Shown: positions 20,271 through 30,028, counted from the stretch's first letter. The stretch: DNA of 64,000 nt from Colwellia hornerae (GCF_007954355.1 NZ_VOLR01000011.1:32620-96619); one strand, 5' to 3'. Program-made: numbers and translations. The notes: generated from the letters alone by a model not told the origin.

Positions 20271-21971
20271 TTGAATATTTCTGTAAAAAACATTATAAAA
20301 CCACTCTCACTGCTAGGGCTTATTAGTCTTACCGCTTGGTTTATCAATACCAGTATAGATAAAAATGCTGGCGGACAAGAAAAGTCGTATATTATTTCGG
20401 CAAGCAGCTATCAATTATTACAAACAGAGTTAGCCTCACTTAACGTTCAACCAACGCATCAATTAGCTATCATCAATGCTGTTGCCGTTTCCCTTAATAT
20501 TGAACAGTTAGCTCAGTTACATGCACAGTTAGACATTCAGGTTACTGAAAATTATAAAGTAGAAATGTCAGGTGGTAATGCCTGGGGTAAACGTAAATGG
20601 CAGCCAAAGTCTGTCGTGAATGACTTGATTGAAGCCTCTGCGGCGCATTCGGCCTACAATTTTGGCGATGGGGTAACCATTGGCTTTTTGGATACTGGGC
20701 TAGATCAACTAGAAGGAACCTCTTCAGGTCTTGGTTTATCGACTGATTTATACGGAAAAGATAAGTTCTGGGGAACTTATGACGCGATAAATAATAGTAT
20801 TAGTAACTATAGTAATGAAGAAAGTGGCCACGGTACTCATGTCGCCAGTATTGCCGGTAACGCCGATTATGATGTTTACGGTAAAGTTTATGGTGTTGCT
20901 CCCAATGCTTCGTTAGTCGGCATTAAAGCTTTTGATGCCGAAGGCAAGGCAACCTATGCAGATGTAATTCGTGGTATTGATTGGGCGTTACAAGTTAAAG
21001 ATCAAATCAATTTAAAAGTATTGAATATGTCGTTTAGCGGGCCTGCTCGTTCTTACTACTGGGAAGATCCACTAAACCAAGCGGTAATGAAAGCATGGCA
21101 AGCAGGTATCGTTGTAGTTGCTTCTGCAGGCAACAGCGGTCCTGATCCGATGACGATTGGCGTACCTGGTAATGTTCCTTATATAATTACGGTAGGTGCG
21201 ATGACAGATAATTACACTGCCTCTTATGTAAACGACGACAAAGTAGCAACTTTTAGTGCCGCAGGCCCGACAGTGGAAGGCTTTGTTAAGCCAGAAATTG
21301 TTGCGCCCGGTGGTCATCTATCAGGTTTGATGGCTTTTGATACGCAAATAGTTCAAGACCATCCTGAATTTCACGATGGTGGTCGTTATTTTGAAATGTC
21401 AGGCACCTCACAAGCGGCTGGCGTAATATCAGGTGTTGTCGCACTGATGTTAACGCAAGATCCAACGCTAACACCGGATGAAGTTAAATGTCGCTTAATG
21501 GACAGTGCTCATGCGGCATTCAATAATAGTGGTGAGTTAGCCTATAGTGTTTTTCAGCAAGGTTCCGGCATGGTTAATGTTGCGGATGCTTTACTCAGTA
21601 CCGCTTCAGGCTGTGCGAATCAAGCTTTAGATATTGCCCAAGATTTAGCAGGCAGTGATCATTTCTTTGGACCAGCTAACATTAATAGCGATGGTAATTT
21701 TTATGTTGAAGGTTTAGGCGATGAATATGTCTGGAAATTAAATGAAAGCAACCTTGATGGTGATACGATTATCTGGCGGATGAATTATGCTGTAAATGCT
21801 TTAGATTGGAAAAACACAGCCTCTACCGATACGATAATTTGGCGAATGAATGTAGAAACAGATACCATAATTTGGCGGATGAATTTCGAAACGGATACCA
21901 TAATTTGGAGAATGAGTGTAGCGGATAGCTCTACAGGTATCGATGTTAATAATTGGGTTGAACAGCAATAA
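20271..21971 (+). CDS. S8 subtilisin-like serine protease (third paralogue) with C-terminal TDTIIWRMN tandem peptide repeats
   Basis: Blocks DTGLD, HGTHVASIAG and GTSQAAGVISGVVALM. TTG start as in the ORF track, with AAGGGGA upstream. The C-terminus carries five DTIIWRM(N/S) repeats. Confidence 0.8.
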   Translation: MNISVKNIIKPLSLLGLISLTAWFINTSIDKNAGGQEKSYIISASSYQLLQTELASLNVQPTHQLAIINAVAVSLNIEQLAQLHAQLDIQVTENYKVEMSGGNAWGKRKWQPKSVVNDLIEASAAHSAYNFGDGVTIGFLDTGLDQLEGTSSGLGLSTDLYGKDKFWGTYDAINNSISNYSNEESGHGTHVASIAGNADYDVYGKVYGVAPNASLVGIKAFDAEGKATYADVIRGIDWALQVKDQINLKVLNMSFSGPARSYYWEDPLNQAVMKAWQAGIVVVASAGNSGPDPMTIGVPGNVPYIITVGAMTDNYTASYVNDDKVATFSAAGPTVEGFVKPEIVAPGGHLSGLMAFDTQIVQDHPEFHDGGRYFEMSGTSQAAGVISGVVALMLTQDPTLTPDEVKCRLMDSAHAAFNNSGELAYSVFQQGSGMVNVADALLSTASGCANQALDIAQDLAGSDHFFGPANINSDGNFYVEGLGDEYVWKLNESNLDGDTIIWRMNYAVNALDWKNTASTDTIIWRMNVETDTIIWRMNFETDTIIWRMSVADSSTGIDVNNWVEQQ

Positions 21972-21983
21972 CTTATTAACACT

Positions 21984-22013
21984 AGCCACTGTGTCCACAG
22001 TGGCTTTTTTATT
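21984..22013 (+). terminator. Rho-independent terminator after the third subtilase
   Basis: agccactgtg-tc-cacagtggct followed by tttttatt. It lies inside the N-terminal extension of the next ORF in the ORF track, which argues that the next gene starts later. Confidence 0.75.
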
Positions 22014-22068
22014 ACCTATATTTCTTACATTAAATTTCAATATCTCATTACTCTATAAGAGCCCTCTT

Positions 22069-25000
22069 GTGAAAAAAACACTCCTTTTATTATTAATTAT
22101 CTTTAGCTGTAATATTTCGGCACAAGAAGTAAAACTGTTTAAAAACTTTGGTATTGATAACCCGATGTCATACAACTTTGTGAGAACCATCGCTCAAGAT
22201 GAAGATGGCTTTATGTGGTTTGGCTCTTCGGAAGGCTTAGACCGTTTTGATGGTCACCAAACGTTAAGTTTCCATCATGATAGTGCTCAACCACACTCAT
22301 TAAGCTCTAATGTTATTAGCCGTATCCTTATTGATAAGCAACAAAGACTTTGGGTTGGTACCTTCGGTGGCGGCTTAAATTTATATCGGGAGAAAAGCCA
22401 AGATTTCCTCCATTTCACCAGTAAGACAACAAATACTACGCTGACTAATGATACCGTAAATGCCTTATTTGAAGACAGTGAAGGTAAAATTTGGATCGCT
22501 ACCGAAAATGGGGTAAATATTCTCAGTACTGATGAAGGGAAATGGTCAACTCAACACATTTTTCAAGAATTAGGCAACCCGAATAGCCTGACCCATAATG
22601 TTGCGCTGTCAATTATTGAAACCCGTGAGCAAGAAATTTGGGTAGGTACTAATGGTGGTGGGATTTCGGTATTTGATCTACAGGGAAATTTTATTAAATC
22701 GATTAAATATGGCGATCAAAACAGTGCGACTTATATTAATAAATTTGTCAGTAGTTTGTATTTAGATATTAATGGAGATATTTGGATAGGCACAGTTGAT
22801 AGTGGCTTATTAAAATATACCCCGAGTACAGAGCAGTTTATTCACTATCAAAATAATATAGATAATCAGTTAACGATTAGTAGCAATGCAATAAGCAGTA
22901 TTTATCAAGACTCAGCACAAAATATTTGGATTGCTACTGACAATGGTCTATCTATTTATGATTATAAAACTAACCATTTTAGTCGCTATAATAACTCTCC
23001 TAATAACCCTTACAGTATAAGTAATGATTTTGTGCTTACTTTTTATGAAGACAACCATAAGATGATGTGGGTAGGAACTTTTTCAGGCGTTAATCGATGG
23101 GATCCTAATATGGCGACCTTTCGACAATATAGTACGCAAACAAATCCTATTTTAAAAAATCACAATGTCACTAGTTTTACGCAGTTTAATCAAGGAAATG
23201 TATATTTTAGTACCTACAGTGGTGGAATTTATCAGTTGTCAGAAGTGGATAATTCAATATCACCTGTCGCTTTTAATAATGAATTTTTAGAATATAGAAT
23301 CATGGATTTGTTTGCCGATGGCAATATATTATGGATTGGGACGCGAGGCTCTGGATTGTATTCAGTCAATTTAACGACTAATAAAGTGACTGAATATAGG
23401 CATGACGAAGATGAATCTTCTATTTCAGCCAATAGTATTACCGATATTATTAAAGATAGACATGGTAATATTTGGGTCTCTACTTTTCATCAAGGACTCA
23501 ATTTACTTAACAAAAATGGTACTTTTAAACGCTTTATAAGTAATAAGTCAAACCTAGAGAAAGGACCGGGAAGTAACCATGTTGTACAATTACTAGAGGA
23601 TGATCAAGGTTTTATTTGGTTGGCTACCTTTGGTGGTGGTCTTAGTCGTTTTGATCCTAGCCTTGAAACGTTTCGACATTTTAGTCATGAGGCAAATAAC
23701 CCTAATAGCCTTTCTGATGACTTCACTTGGATAATGTTGCTTGACCATGAGCAAAACCTTTGGTTCGGAACCCAGTCTTCTGGTTTGAGTATGTTAAGTC
23801 AAGAAAATCGTTACAATAATAATTTTTCATTTACTCACCTTAATACCAAAGATGGTATGAAAAGTTTAACCGTTTACGGTATTACTCAAGATGTTTATGA
23901 TGATATTTGGTTTAGTACCAATAAAGGCATTTCTCGTTATTCAACCAGTGATAAAAGTTTTAAGCACTTTAACCTGACTCATGGCTTAGTTGACTTAGAA
24001 TACACCCATTCTGCGGTATTTAGTTCAAAGGGTAGCACTTTATATTTTGGTGCGGGTAAAGGAATGAATAGTATTAATCCAGAAAAAATTAATACCAGCC
24101 TTTTGGCTCCAGAAGTACGTTTAACCAGTATTTTAAAGTTAAATGAGCCCATGCCACTTGGCAGTAAATTATCTAATTTAAGTCAGTTGGAATTTGATTA
24201 CAGTGATCAACTGATCTCCTTTGAATATGTCGGTTTAAACTATGCAAATCCAGAATCAACACGTTATAAATATCGTTTATTAGGCTTTGATGAAGAGTGG
24301 ATAGCTGCCGGTAAGTCTCGAAGAGCCACTTATACCAATTTACCGGCGGGTAGTTATCAGTTACAGGTTATTGCCGGTAATAGCGACAATATCTGGAGTG
24401 AACCTAGCCTGTCCCTTAATATTACTGTTCATCCTGCGCCGTGGAATACTTGGTGGGCCTATTTGTTGTATGCGATGGCCGTTGCGACAATTTTACTCGT
24501 CTATTCTCGCTTTTTAAATCGGAAATTGTTATTTGAACAACAACAAAAGTCTTACCTTGAAAAACAAGTAAAAGAGAAAACGCAAAAGCTACAATCGCAA
24601 AATAGCGAGCTTGAACATGCCAATGTATTACTAGAAAAATCGGCAACGGTAGACAAAGTAACTGGGGTGCGAAGTCGCCGTTATCTTGATATTTATATTG
24701 AGCAAACTAGTCAGTTAATGAATCAAATTCATCAAAATATTTTACCGGTACAGCGAGGCACCTTACCTCGTCTTTACGTATTAATGGTTCAGGTTAATGA
24801 GTTAAGCAATGTCAGTAATAGCCAGTTGATTAACATTACTGACTTATTACTGTTTAGCCGTAATAGCGATGATCTAGTGGTACGCTGGTCAGATGATACC
24901 TTTGCTGTCATCGGTTATGAAAAAGATAACAATGCCAGCGAATTAGCGGCACGGCTTGCCAGTAAATTTGAAAAACAATTCGACAATAAAATATCGATGA

Positions 25001-25227
25001 ATATTGCTTATTCTTTTTATCCGTTTAATCGAGAGCAACCTATGGAAATATCGTGGGATCAAGTCAGTGTGATGATTGAGCTTGGTTTGACGTTAACCAG
25101 CGAAGAGCCGGCGATTGCTTGGCTTGGCTTATGTGAGCCTAAGATACAGCCATTTAGCTACTTAGCAGTGGTTCAAGGCGCTGATCTGGCTACACTTAAG
25201 CACAACATCCAAATTAAACAAGGCTAG
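22069..25227 (+). CDS. Periplasmic two-component-regulator propeller (Reg_prop x many) + Y_Y_Y domain, one TM helix, cytoplasmic degenerate GGDEF domain
   Basis: Repeated ..W.GT.gGL..yd beta-propeller units. A TM helix (WAYLLYAMAVATILLVY), then a coiled coil. The C-terminus is GGDEF-like but the motif is replaced by RWSDDTFAVIG. The likely start is the in-frame GTG at 22069 (VKKTLLLLLIIFSCNISAQ signal peptide) downstream of the upstream terminator. The ORF track extends it to 21943. Confidence 0.7.
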   Translation: MKKTLLLLLIIFSCNISAQEVKLFKNFGIDNPMSYNFVRTIAQDEDGFMWFGSSEGLDRFDGHQTLSFHHDSAQPHSLSSNVISRILIDKQQRLWVGTFGGGLNLYREKSQDFLHFTSKTTNTTLTNDTVNALFEDSEGKIWIATENGVNILSTDEGKWSTQHIFQELGNPNSLTHNVALSIIETREQEIWVGTNGGGISVFDLQGNFIKSIKYGDQNSATYINKFVSSLYLDINGDIWIGTVDSGLLKYTPSTEQFIHYQNNIDNQLTISSNAISSIYQDSAQNIWIATDNGLSIYDYKTNHFSRYNNSPNNPYSISNDFVLTFYEDNHKMMWVGTFSGVNRWDPNMATFRQYSTQTNPILKNHNVTSFTQFNQGNVYFSTYSGGIYQLSEVDNSISPVAFNNEFLEYRIMDLFADGNILWIGTRGSGLYSVNLTTNKVTEYRHDEDESSISANSITDIIKDRHGNIWVSTFHQGLNLLNKNGTFKRFISNKSNLEKGPGSNHVVQLLEDDQGFIWLATFGGGLSRFDPSLETFRHFSHEANNPNSLSDDFTWIMLLDHEQNLWFGTQSSGLSMLSQENRYNNNFSFTHLNTKDGMKSLTVYGITQDVYDDIWFSTNKGISRYSTSDKSFKHFNLTHGLVDLEYTHSAVFSSKGSTLYFGAGKGMNSINPEKINTSLLAPEVRLTSILKLNEPMPLGSKLSNLSQLEFDYSDQLISFEYVGLNYANPESTRYKYRLLGFDEEWIAAGKSRRATYTNLPAGSYQLQVIAGNSDNIWSEPSLSLNITVHPAPWNTWWAYLLYAMAVATILLVYSRFLNRKLLFEQQQKSYLEKQVKEKTQKLQSQNSELEHANVLLEKSATVDKVTGVRSRRYLDIYIEQTSQLMNQIHQNILPVQRGTLPRLYVLMVQVNELSNVSNSQLINITDLLLFSRNSDDLVVRWSDDTFAVIGYEKDNNASELAARLASKFEKQFDNKISMNIAYSFYPFNREQPMEISWDQVSVMIELGLTLTSEEPAIAWLGLCEPKIQPFSYLAVVQGADLATLKHNIQIKQG

Positions 25228-25277
25228 CTGGAGTTTTAGCTTAACAAACGAAGACCAGGCTACTATTGCGTAGCTGG

Positions 25278-25340
25278 TTTTATGTGAACCTAAGGCATAA
25301 GCATTTAGCTACACTTAAGCACAACATCCAAATTAAACAA
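25278..25340. repeat. Degenerate direct duplication of the last ~100 bp of the preceding gene (with an internal deletion)
   Basis: ttatgtgaacctaaggcataagcatttagctacacttaagcacaacatccaaattaaacaaggttagc at 25278-25340 matches ttatgtgagcctaagatacagccatttagctac...ctacacttaagcacaacatccaaattaaacaaggctagc at 25130-25230. Confidence 0.8.
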
Positions 25341-25363
25341 GGTTAGCCGGAGTAGCTTTCTGG

Positions 25364-28363
25364 TTAGCTTTTAATGAACTGTTGTTGATATTGTTTTGGG
25401 GTGCAATTAAATGACTCTTTAAAACATCGACCAAAGTACGTTTGTGATGAAAAACCAACATCTAGGGCGATTCTGCCAATTTTAGAACCGTTTTGCAGCA
25501 GTATTTGTGCTTTCGCTAGGCGGAACTCTTTAATGAAATTATTAGGTGTTGTTCCCAAGGTTACTTTCATTTTTCGTTGCAGTTGACGCTCACTCATTGC
25601 CATATTACTGGCTAGCTCTTGAATACCTAAATCAGTTTCCAAGTACATTTTGGCGACAATAGTTTCTAACTTTTCTATAAACTTTTCATCAACGGATAAT
25701 ATTGCACTTTCGCTTGGGGTTAACTGCGACACTTTCTTTACGCTACTTTCTTTTTGTTGTTCTTTTTGATGATCCCTAAATTTATGTAAATAGTTTTGCT
25801 GCAACTGCTTACGATTTTCAATTAAATTTTCAATACGGATCAGTAATTCTTGTTGATTGAATGGCTTACTTAAATACTCATCCGCTTGCAAATTCAGGCC
25901 ATGCAGGCGGCTGTCTAGGTCTGAGCGCGCGGTCAGTAAAATAACAGGAATATGTGAGGTGAGTTCATTTCCTTTTAATTGTTTGAGCACTTCAAAACCG
26001 TCAATACCGGTCAGCATAATATCGCAGACGATAAGGTCAGGAATATATTCTTCAGCTAGAATTAGCCCCTGTTCACCACTAGTCGCCAATAAACAATGAT
26101 GTTGTTGTTCAACTACACGTTTAATATGGTTTTGCATATCAAGGTTATCTTCAATAACCAAAACGACATTTTGTAGGTGATTTTTAGCTTTAGTTTTATT
26201 ATTATTTTGTTCTAGCAAGAGTGAAGAAACTTCGCTTTCTGAGACACTCATCGGTACTTGGGCTTCAATCGCAACCGATTCTTTTGCAGGAATAGATAAA
26301 GAAAATTTACTGCCTTTATTATACTCACTGACTAAATTGATACGCCAGTTATGCGCTTTTACCAATTCATTAACTAGTGATAAACCAATACCAACACCAA
26401 AGACAGCATGATTTTTTTCATCATCGGCTCTTTGAAATCGTTCGAAAATCTTAACTTGTGATGCTTGATTAATACCAATGCCAGTATCGGTAATATCTAG
26501 AATAATATTATCTTGCTCGGCATAAGCGCAAACCTTGATACTGCCACCTGCAGGTGTATATTTAATCGCGTTAGCCAGTAAGTTGAAAATTATTTTTTCA
26601 AAACCTTGAGCGTCACACTCTAGCCAAAGATCATCAGAAATATCAGCGTCAAAGCTTAAATCATTTTGCTTAGCTAAGCGTGAAAATGAATCAATTGGCA
26701 TAGCCATTAGTTGGCTTAACCGATAAGTAGACAGCGAAAGCTTAGGGTTATCGGTCAGGCGCGAAAGCTCTAAAAGCTGTTCAACCATTCGCACTAACCT
26801 TAAACCATTGCGCTTAGCGGTGGTGAGCTCTAATCCTTCTTCTTTACTTTGAGCTTTTAGTAAGTACTGATCTAAAATGCCATTAATAATCGTTAACGGC
26901 GTTCTAAATTCATGAGAAATATTAGCGATAAATTTATCTTTTAAATCTAAAGTTTGTTTTTCAGCTAATTTTCGTGCGGTCAAATTAATAAAGGTAATAA
27001 CAATAAGCGGCTTTTCTTCGCGGTCTGCCCACTGTAATTCCGCCTGTACTGGAAATTCGGTGCCATCTGTTCTGCGCGCCATACACTCTACTGAAATACC
27101 AATATCTTTGCGTTGTAGTGCATAAACATTACTTTTAAAACCAAAAAAGTAATGCATGGTATCTTCAGATGAAAATAAGGTACTAACATTTTTGTCGGTT
27201 AACTCATGTTCTAAGCTCTGGAACATTTGCACGGCTGCAGGATTTGACGATAATATTTCACCGTCAATTGAAGTGGTTAAAATGGCATTACTTGATGCGC
27301 GAACAATGGCCTTATCTTCACTATTGAGGATAGAACTGATTAATTTATGATTCTTTTGTGTTAACGCTTTATTTTCTTTTTGCTGAGTAAAAACTTGTTG
27401 CTTAAAGTCCAAGGTGTGCTTTCTTTTATTGTAAGCAATTAGCACAACCAAAATAAAAGCAATAACACCCCAAATACCAATAACAAAAGACTGCCAGAAA
27501 GAATTGGTTATGTAGAACGTACCAAGTTCTAAACCAGCAACATGAATACTAAAAATAATACTCACCAGTAATAAAATGTAAAGTTCGGGATAGGTGTCTT
27601 TGGCGATAGGTTTAGCTGGGTTTTGTGTATTTAAAGAGGCACTAGCTGCAAAGATAAGCGCGCAATAAGGAATTAGCGCCACTAAACTTTTTATATAATC
27701 ATCGCTGTATAGTGCTTGACCTTGAATGAGAAAATAATAATTAACGTTAGCCATTAATAAGGCAAGTGAGCCAATAAATAGTGGCCAATAAATAGCGCGC
27801 CAAAACTTTTCTCGACAAAAAATAACACAGCTCATTAGTCTGATAAAAATAAGACCAGAAATGGTGATGTGAAATAATAATGACGGTAATAATCTGTGGT
27901 CTAATGCTTTTGAAAATTCTTCTGGCAATAAAACGAAATAACAAAAACAGGTTACGGTAAAAAATAGTGCCGGCATCCGACCAGCAATATATTTATTGAG
28001 AGGGGTTTCGCTGAGGTGTGGGTTGGTTTCTATGGCTAATAAGATAAAGAAGTAACTAAATAATGAGAAAAAATCTTGCAGTACCGGCGTGGTATTAATG
28101 TAGTCACCGGCAAAAATAATACCCGAAATAAGATCAACAATTATAGCGAGAGAGAAAAACTGCCAGAATAACTTTAATGAACGTGACTTGGTCTGTAGAT
28201 AGCTAAAAATAACAAAGAATACTGCAATAGCCTGCAACAAAATAGCGGGCAGCGATAACAAAAAAGAAGATGTAATATTCAAAGCGCTAGCTATCGTGGT
28301 ATAGGGTAATAGGGATAATATTATGGAGATAAATAAAAGGGTTAATTTATTAAAATATAGCAA
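25364..28363 (-). CDS. Hybrid sensor kinase: 7TM (7TMR-DISM-like) + PAS + HisKA/HATPase + receiver + AraC-type HTH
   Basis: About 8 TM helices at the N-terminus. H-box FIANISHEFRTPLT. N, G1 and G2 ATPase blocks (DTGIGI, GVGIGLSL). Receiver VLVIEDNLDM..D. The C-terminus GFSSQTYFGRCFKESFNCTPKQY is AraC-like. Confidence 0.9.
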   Translation of the reverse strand: MLYFNKLTLLFISIILSLLPYTTIASALNITSSFLLSLPAILLQAIAVFFVIFSYLQTKSRSLKLFWQFFSLAIIVDLISGIIFAGDYINTTPVLQDFFSLFSYFFILLAIETNPHLSETPLNKYIAGRMPALFFTVTCFCYFVLLPEEFSKALDHRLLPSLLFHITISGLIFIRLMSCVIFCREKFWRAIYWPLFIGSLALLMANVNYYFLIQGQALYSDDYIKSLVALIPYCALIFAASASLNTQNPAKPIAKDTYPELYILLLVSIIFSIHVAGLELGTFYITNSFWQSFVIGIWGVIAFILVVLIAYNKRKHTLDFKQQVFTQQKENKALTQKNHKLISSILNSEDKAIVRASSNAILTTSIDGEILSSNPAAVQMFQSLEHELTDKNVSTLFSSEDTMHYFFGFKSNVYALQRKDIGISVECMARRTDGTEFPVQAELQWADREEKPLIVITFINLTARKLAEKQTLDLKDKFIANISHEFRTPLTIINGILDQYLLKAQSKEEGLELTTAKRNGLRLVRMVEQLLELSRLTDNPKLSLSTYRLSQLMAMPIDSFSRLAKQNDLSFDADISDDLWLECDAQGFEKIIFNLLANAIKYTPAGGSIKVCAYAEQDNIILDITDTGIGINQASQVKIFERFQRADDEKNHAVFGVGIGLSLVNELVKAHNWRINLVSEYNKGSKFSLSIPAKESVAIEAQVPMSVSESEVSSLLLEQNNNKTKAKNHLQNVVLVIEDNLDMQNHIKRVVEQQHHCLLATSGEQGLILAEEYIPDLIVCDIMLTGIDGFEVLKQLKGNELTSHIPVILLTARSDLDSRLHGLNLQADEYLSKPFNQQELLIRIENLIENRKQLQQNYLHKFRDHQKEQQKESSVKKVSQLTPSESAILSVDEKFIEKLETIVAKMYLETDLGIQELASNMAMSERQLQRKMKVTLGTTPNNFIKEFRLAKAQILLQNGSKIGRIALDVGFSSQTYFGRCFKESFNCTPKQYQQQFIKS

Positions 28364-28483
28364 TGATGTCTTCCAATATTAAAGTGACGTTTATTATGTT
28401 GCCTAATCATGAGGCTTATTATTTTCTCCTTTAATTACTATAGTATACATTAATTTAACACCATATAAATGAATGAAAAATAT

Positions 28484-29014
28484 TCACTGGCTATCTATAA
28501 GGCTAAGTAAAGAAGCTAACTTTTCAATTTTTATATTCGACAATTGGCGATAATCAAAATAGGGACAGACCACTAAATTTTGAGCCTTATCAATAGCAAA
28601 CTCGTCATCTAACCAGATAAAATTAGCCGTTAGCTGGCCTGTTGCTAGCAAATGCTTGGCGTAGGTTTTTCCACAAATAATATGCAGAGTTTGCTTAGCG
28701 GTTGATAACAGAGGAGGAGAAAACAATAAAGCCGTTTGAGAATCTTGTTGCAGTAAAAAGCGCTCTCGATATTTTTGCCAAGTTGGTGCAAGGGTTGAAT
28801 AGGCGAATTGTGCTTTATCGAGTGCGTAAAGCAACTTTGCATAAACATTGAAAACTTTTCGCCAACCATTGCCGCAAGCTTGATTAACCATCTCTATTTC
28901 GCCCAAGGTTAGCGGCGATAGAGAAGATAATTGCTGATATTCAAGCATACTTGGTTTATTACCAATATAAACGGCAATGGTAAATTTTGAGCAACCTACA
29001 CCAATATTTTTCAC
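28484..29014 (-). CDS. Hypothetical protein (176 aa), third gene of a tight three-gene operon
   Basis: No recognisable motif. 22-bp gaps to its neighbours. Confidence 0.45.
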   Translation of the reverse strand: MKNIGVGCSKFTIAVYIGNKPSMLEYQQLSSLSPLTLGEIEMVNQACGNGWRKVFNVYAKLLYALDKAQFAYSTLAPTWQKYRERFLLQQDSQTALLFSPPLLSTAKQTLHIICGKTYAKHLLATGQLTANFIWLDDEFAIDKAQNLVVCPYFDYRQLSNIKIEKLASLLSLIDSQ

Positions 29015-29035
29015 GTGATATTACTGAACAACTGT

Positions 29036-29458
29036 CTATTCATTAGGTAAGGCATTATCTAAGGTTTTTAAAGAACGTAAAAATAAACCTAAGCCACCGA
29101 TGGCTAAAACAAGTATTACAATTAAATCAAAAGAACTCATGGTCTTAAAAGTAAACCTTATTGAAGATATTACCCCAAAGATTAATCCTGATATTGAGCC
29201 AATAGCTAACACCCAGCCTAAAATATTTTTACTGTTATAAAAAATAAGGCCGACACCAAACATGAAAGGGATCATTATCATGCCACTGGTTACATTATAG
29301 TTGCCGCCCATGGCGGAAAAACCATACAGGCGTATGCCCATGCCAAAACTAGAAGTCACTGTGATTGAATTTAGTAGCATATAAAAACCACCACACATCA
29401 TAATGATGCCAATAAAAAAGTGACTTAAGCCACCTGAAGTTCCACCTGCTCCTTTCAT
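29036..29458 (-). CDS. Hypothetical integral membrane protein (140 aa, about 4 TM, Gly-rich)
   Basis: Hydrophobic, Gly/Met-rich helices. Operonic spacing. Confidence 0.45.
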   Translation of the reverse strand: MKGAGGTSGGLSHFFIGIIMMCGGFYMLLNSITVTSSFGMGIRLYGFSAMGGNYNVTSGMIMIPFMFGVGLIFYNSKNILGWVLAIGSISGLIFGVISSIRFTFKTMSSFDLIVILVLAIGGLGLFLRSLKTLDNALPNE

Positions 29459-29479
29459 GGGTATTCCTTATGATCTTTG

Positions 29480-30028
29480 TTATTTTTCGGCTGAGTAGGG
29501 ATCTTCAGCAAGAAGATAAGCTCTTAAATCGGCTTTGTTTGGCTGCTGATATAGCCACTCTCTAAGGGCTTTAACTTTCGCATAATTTTCTTCACCAAAT
29601 TTATCTTGGTATATTTCTGCAAAGTTTTCTTTCGTACTATTAATACGAATGTTACGTTGCCAATGTGCGGTTAGTACCGTATTTAAGGAGCCAGCTAAAT
29701 TTTCTTTTTTGAGTAATTCCCATTCACCTTTGTCTAACCAAACACCACCGACATTTGCGCTGTAGTCGATACGATGATCTGTTGAGGCAGATAGTCGAAA
29801 TTTACGCATGATTGTACCTGTTACCGGGCATAACATTGCTTGTTTAGTTTCAACAACTTGACATTGAAGGTCGTTATCAAAAGAAAACTGCGGATTACGT
29901 TCCTTCCAAGCGACATAATCTTCAATTAAGATCCAATGACCACTACAATTTGAGCAAGTATGTGCTCTAAACAACCCTTCGATAAAACTGGGTGTTAACT
30001 CACCCTGCTTACAACTAGTACATTTCAT
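29480..30028 (-). CDS. Tandem zf-TFIIB-like zinc-ribbon protein (second ribbon degenerate)
   Basis: CTSCKQGEL...CSNCSGHWILIEDYVAWKE, then CPVTGTIM...VGGVWLDKGEWELL, which resembles the C-x2-C...GGvWLD.gEl zinc-ribbon family. The start was chosen at MKC (ATG at 30028) with an AGGGAG RBS 6 nt upstream. The ORF track extends it to 30079. Confidence 0.55.
   Translation of the reverse strand: MKCTSCKQGELTPSFIEGLFRAHTCSNCSGHWILIEDYVAWKERNPQFSFDNDLQCQVVETKQAMLCPVTGTIMRKFRLSASTDHRIDYSANVGGVWLDKGEWELLKKENLAGSLNTVLTAHWQRNIRINSTKENFAEIYQDKFGEENYAKVKALREWLYQQPNKADLRAYLLAEDPYSAEK

Noticed and set aside
21785-22040. Minus-strand ORFs 21785-21982 and 21801-22040, with repetitive 'HSPNYGI' and 'IMVSVS' peptides
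   Set aside because: They are the antisense reading of the WRMN tandem repeat DNA of the third subtilase. The repetitiveness is inherited from the sense-strand repeats.
21943-22068. N-terminal extension of the Y_Y_Y gene, which starts at 21943 in the ORF track and overlaps the upstream protease gene
   Set aside because: A strong rho-independent terminator (21984-22013) lies inside this extension. An in-frame GTG at 22069 gives a proper signal peptide. The extension is most likely not translated.
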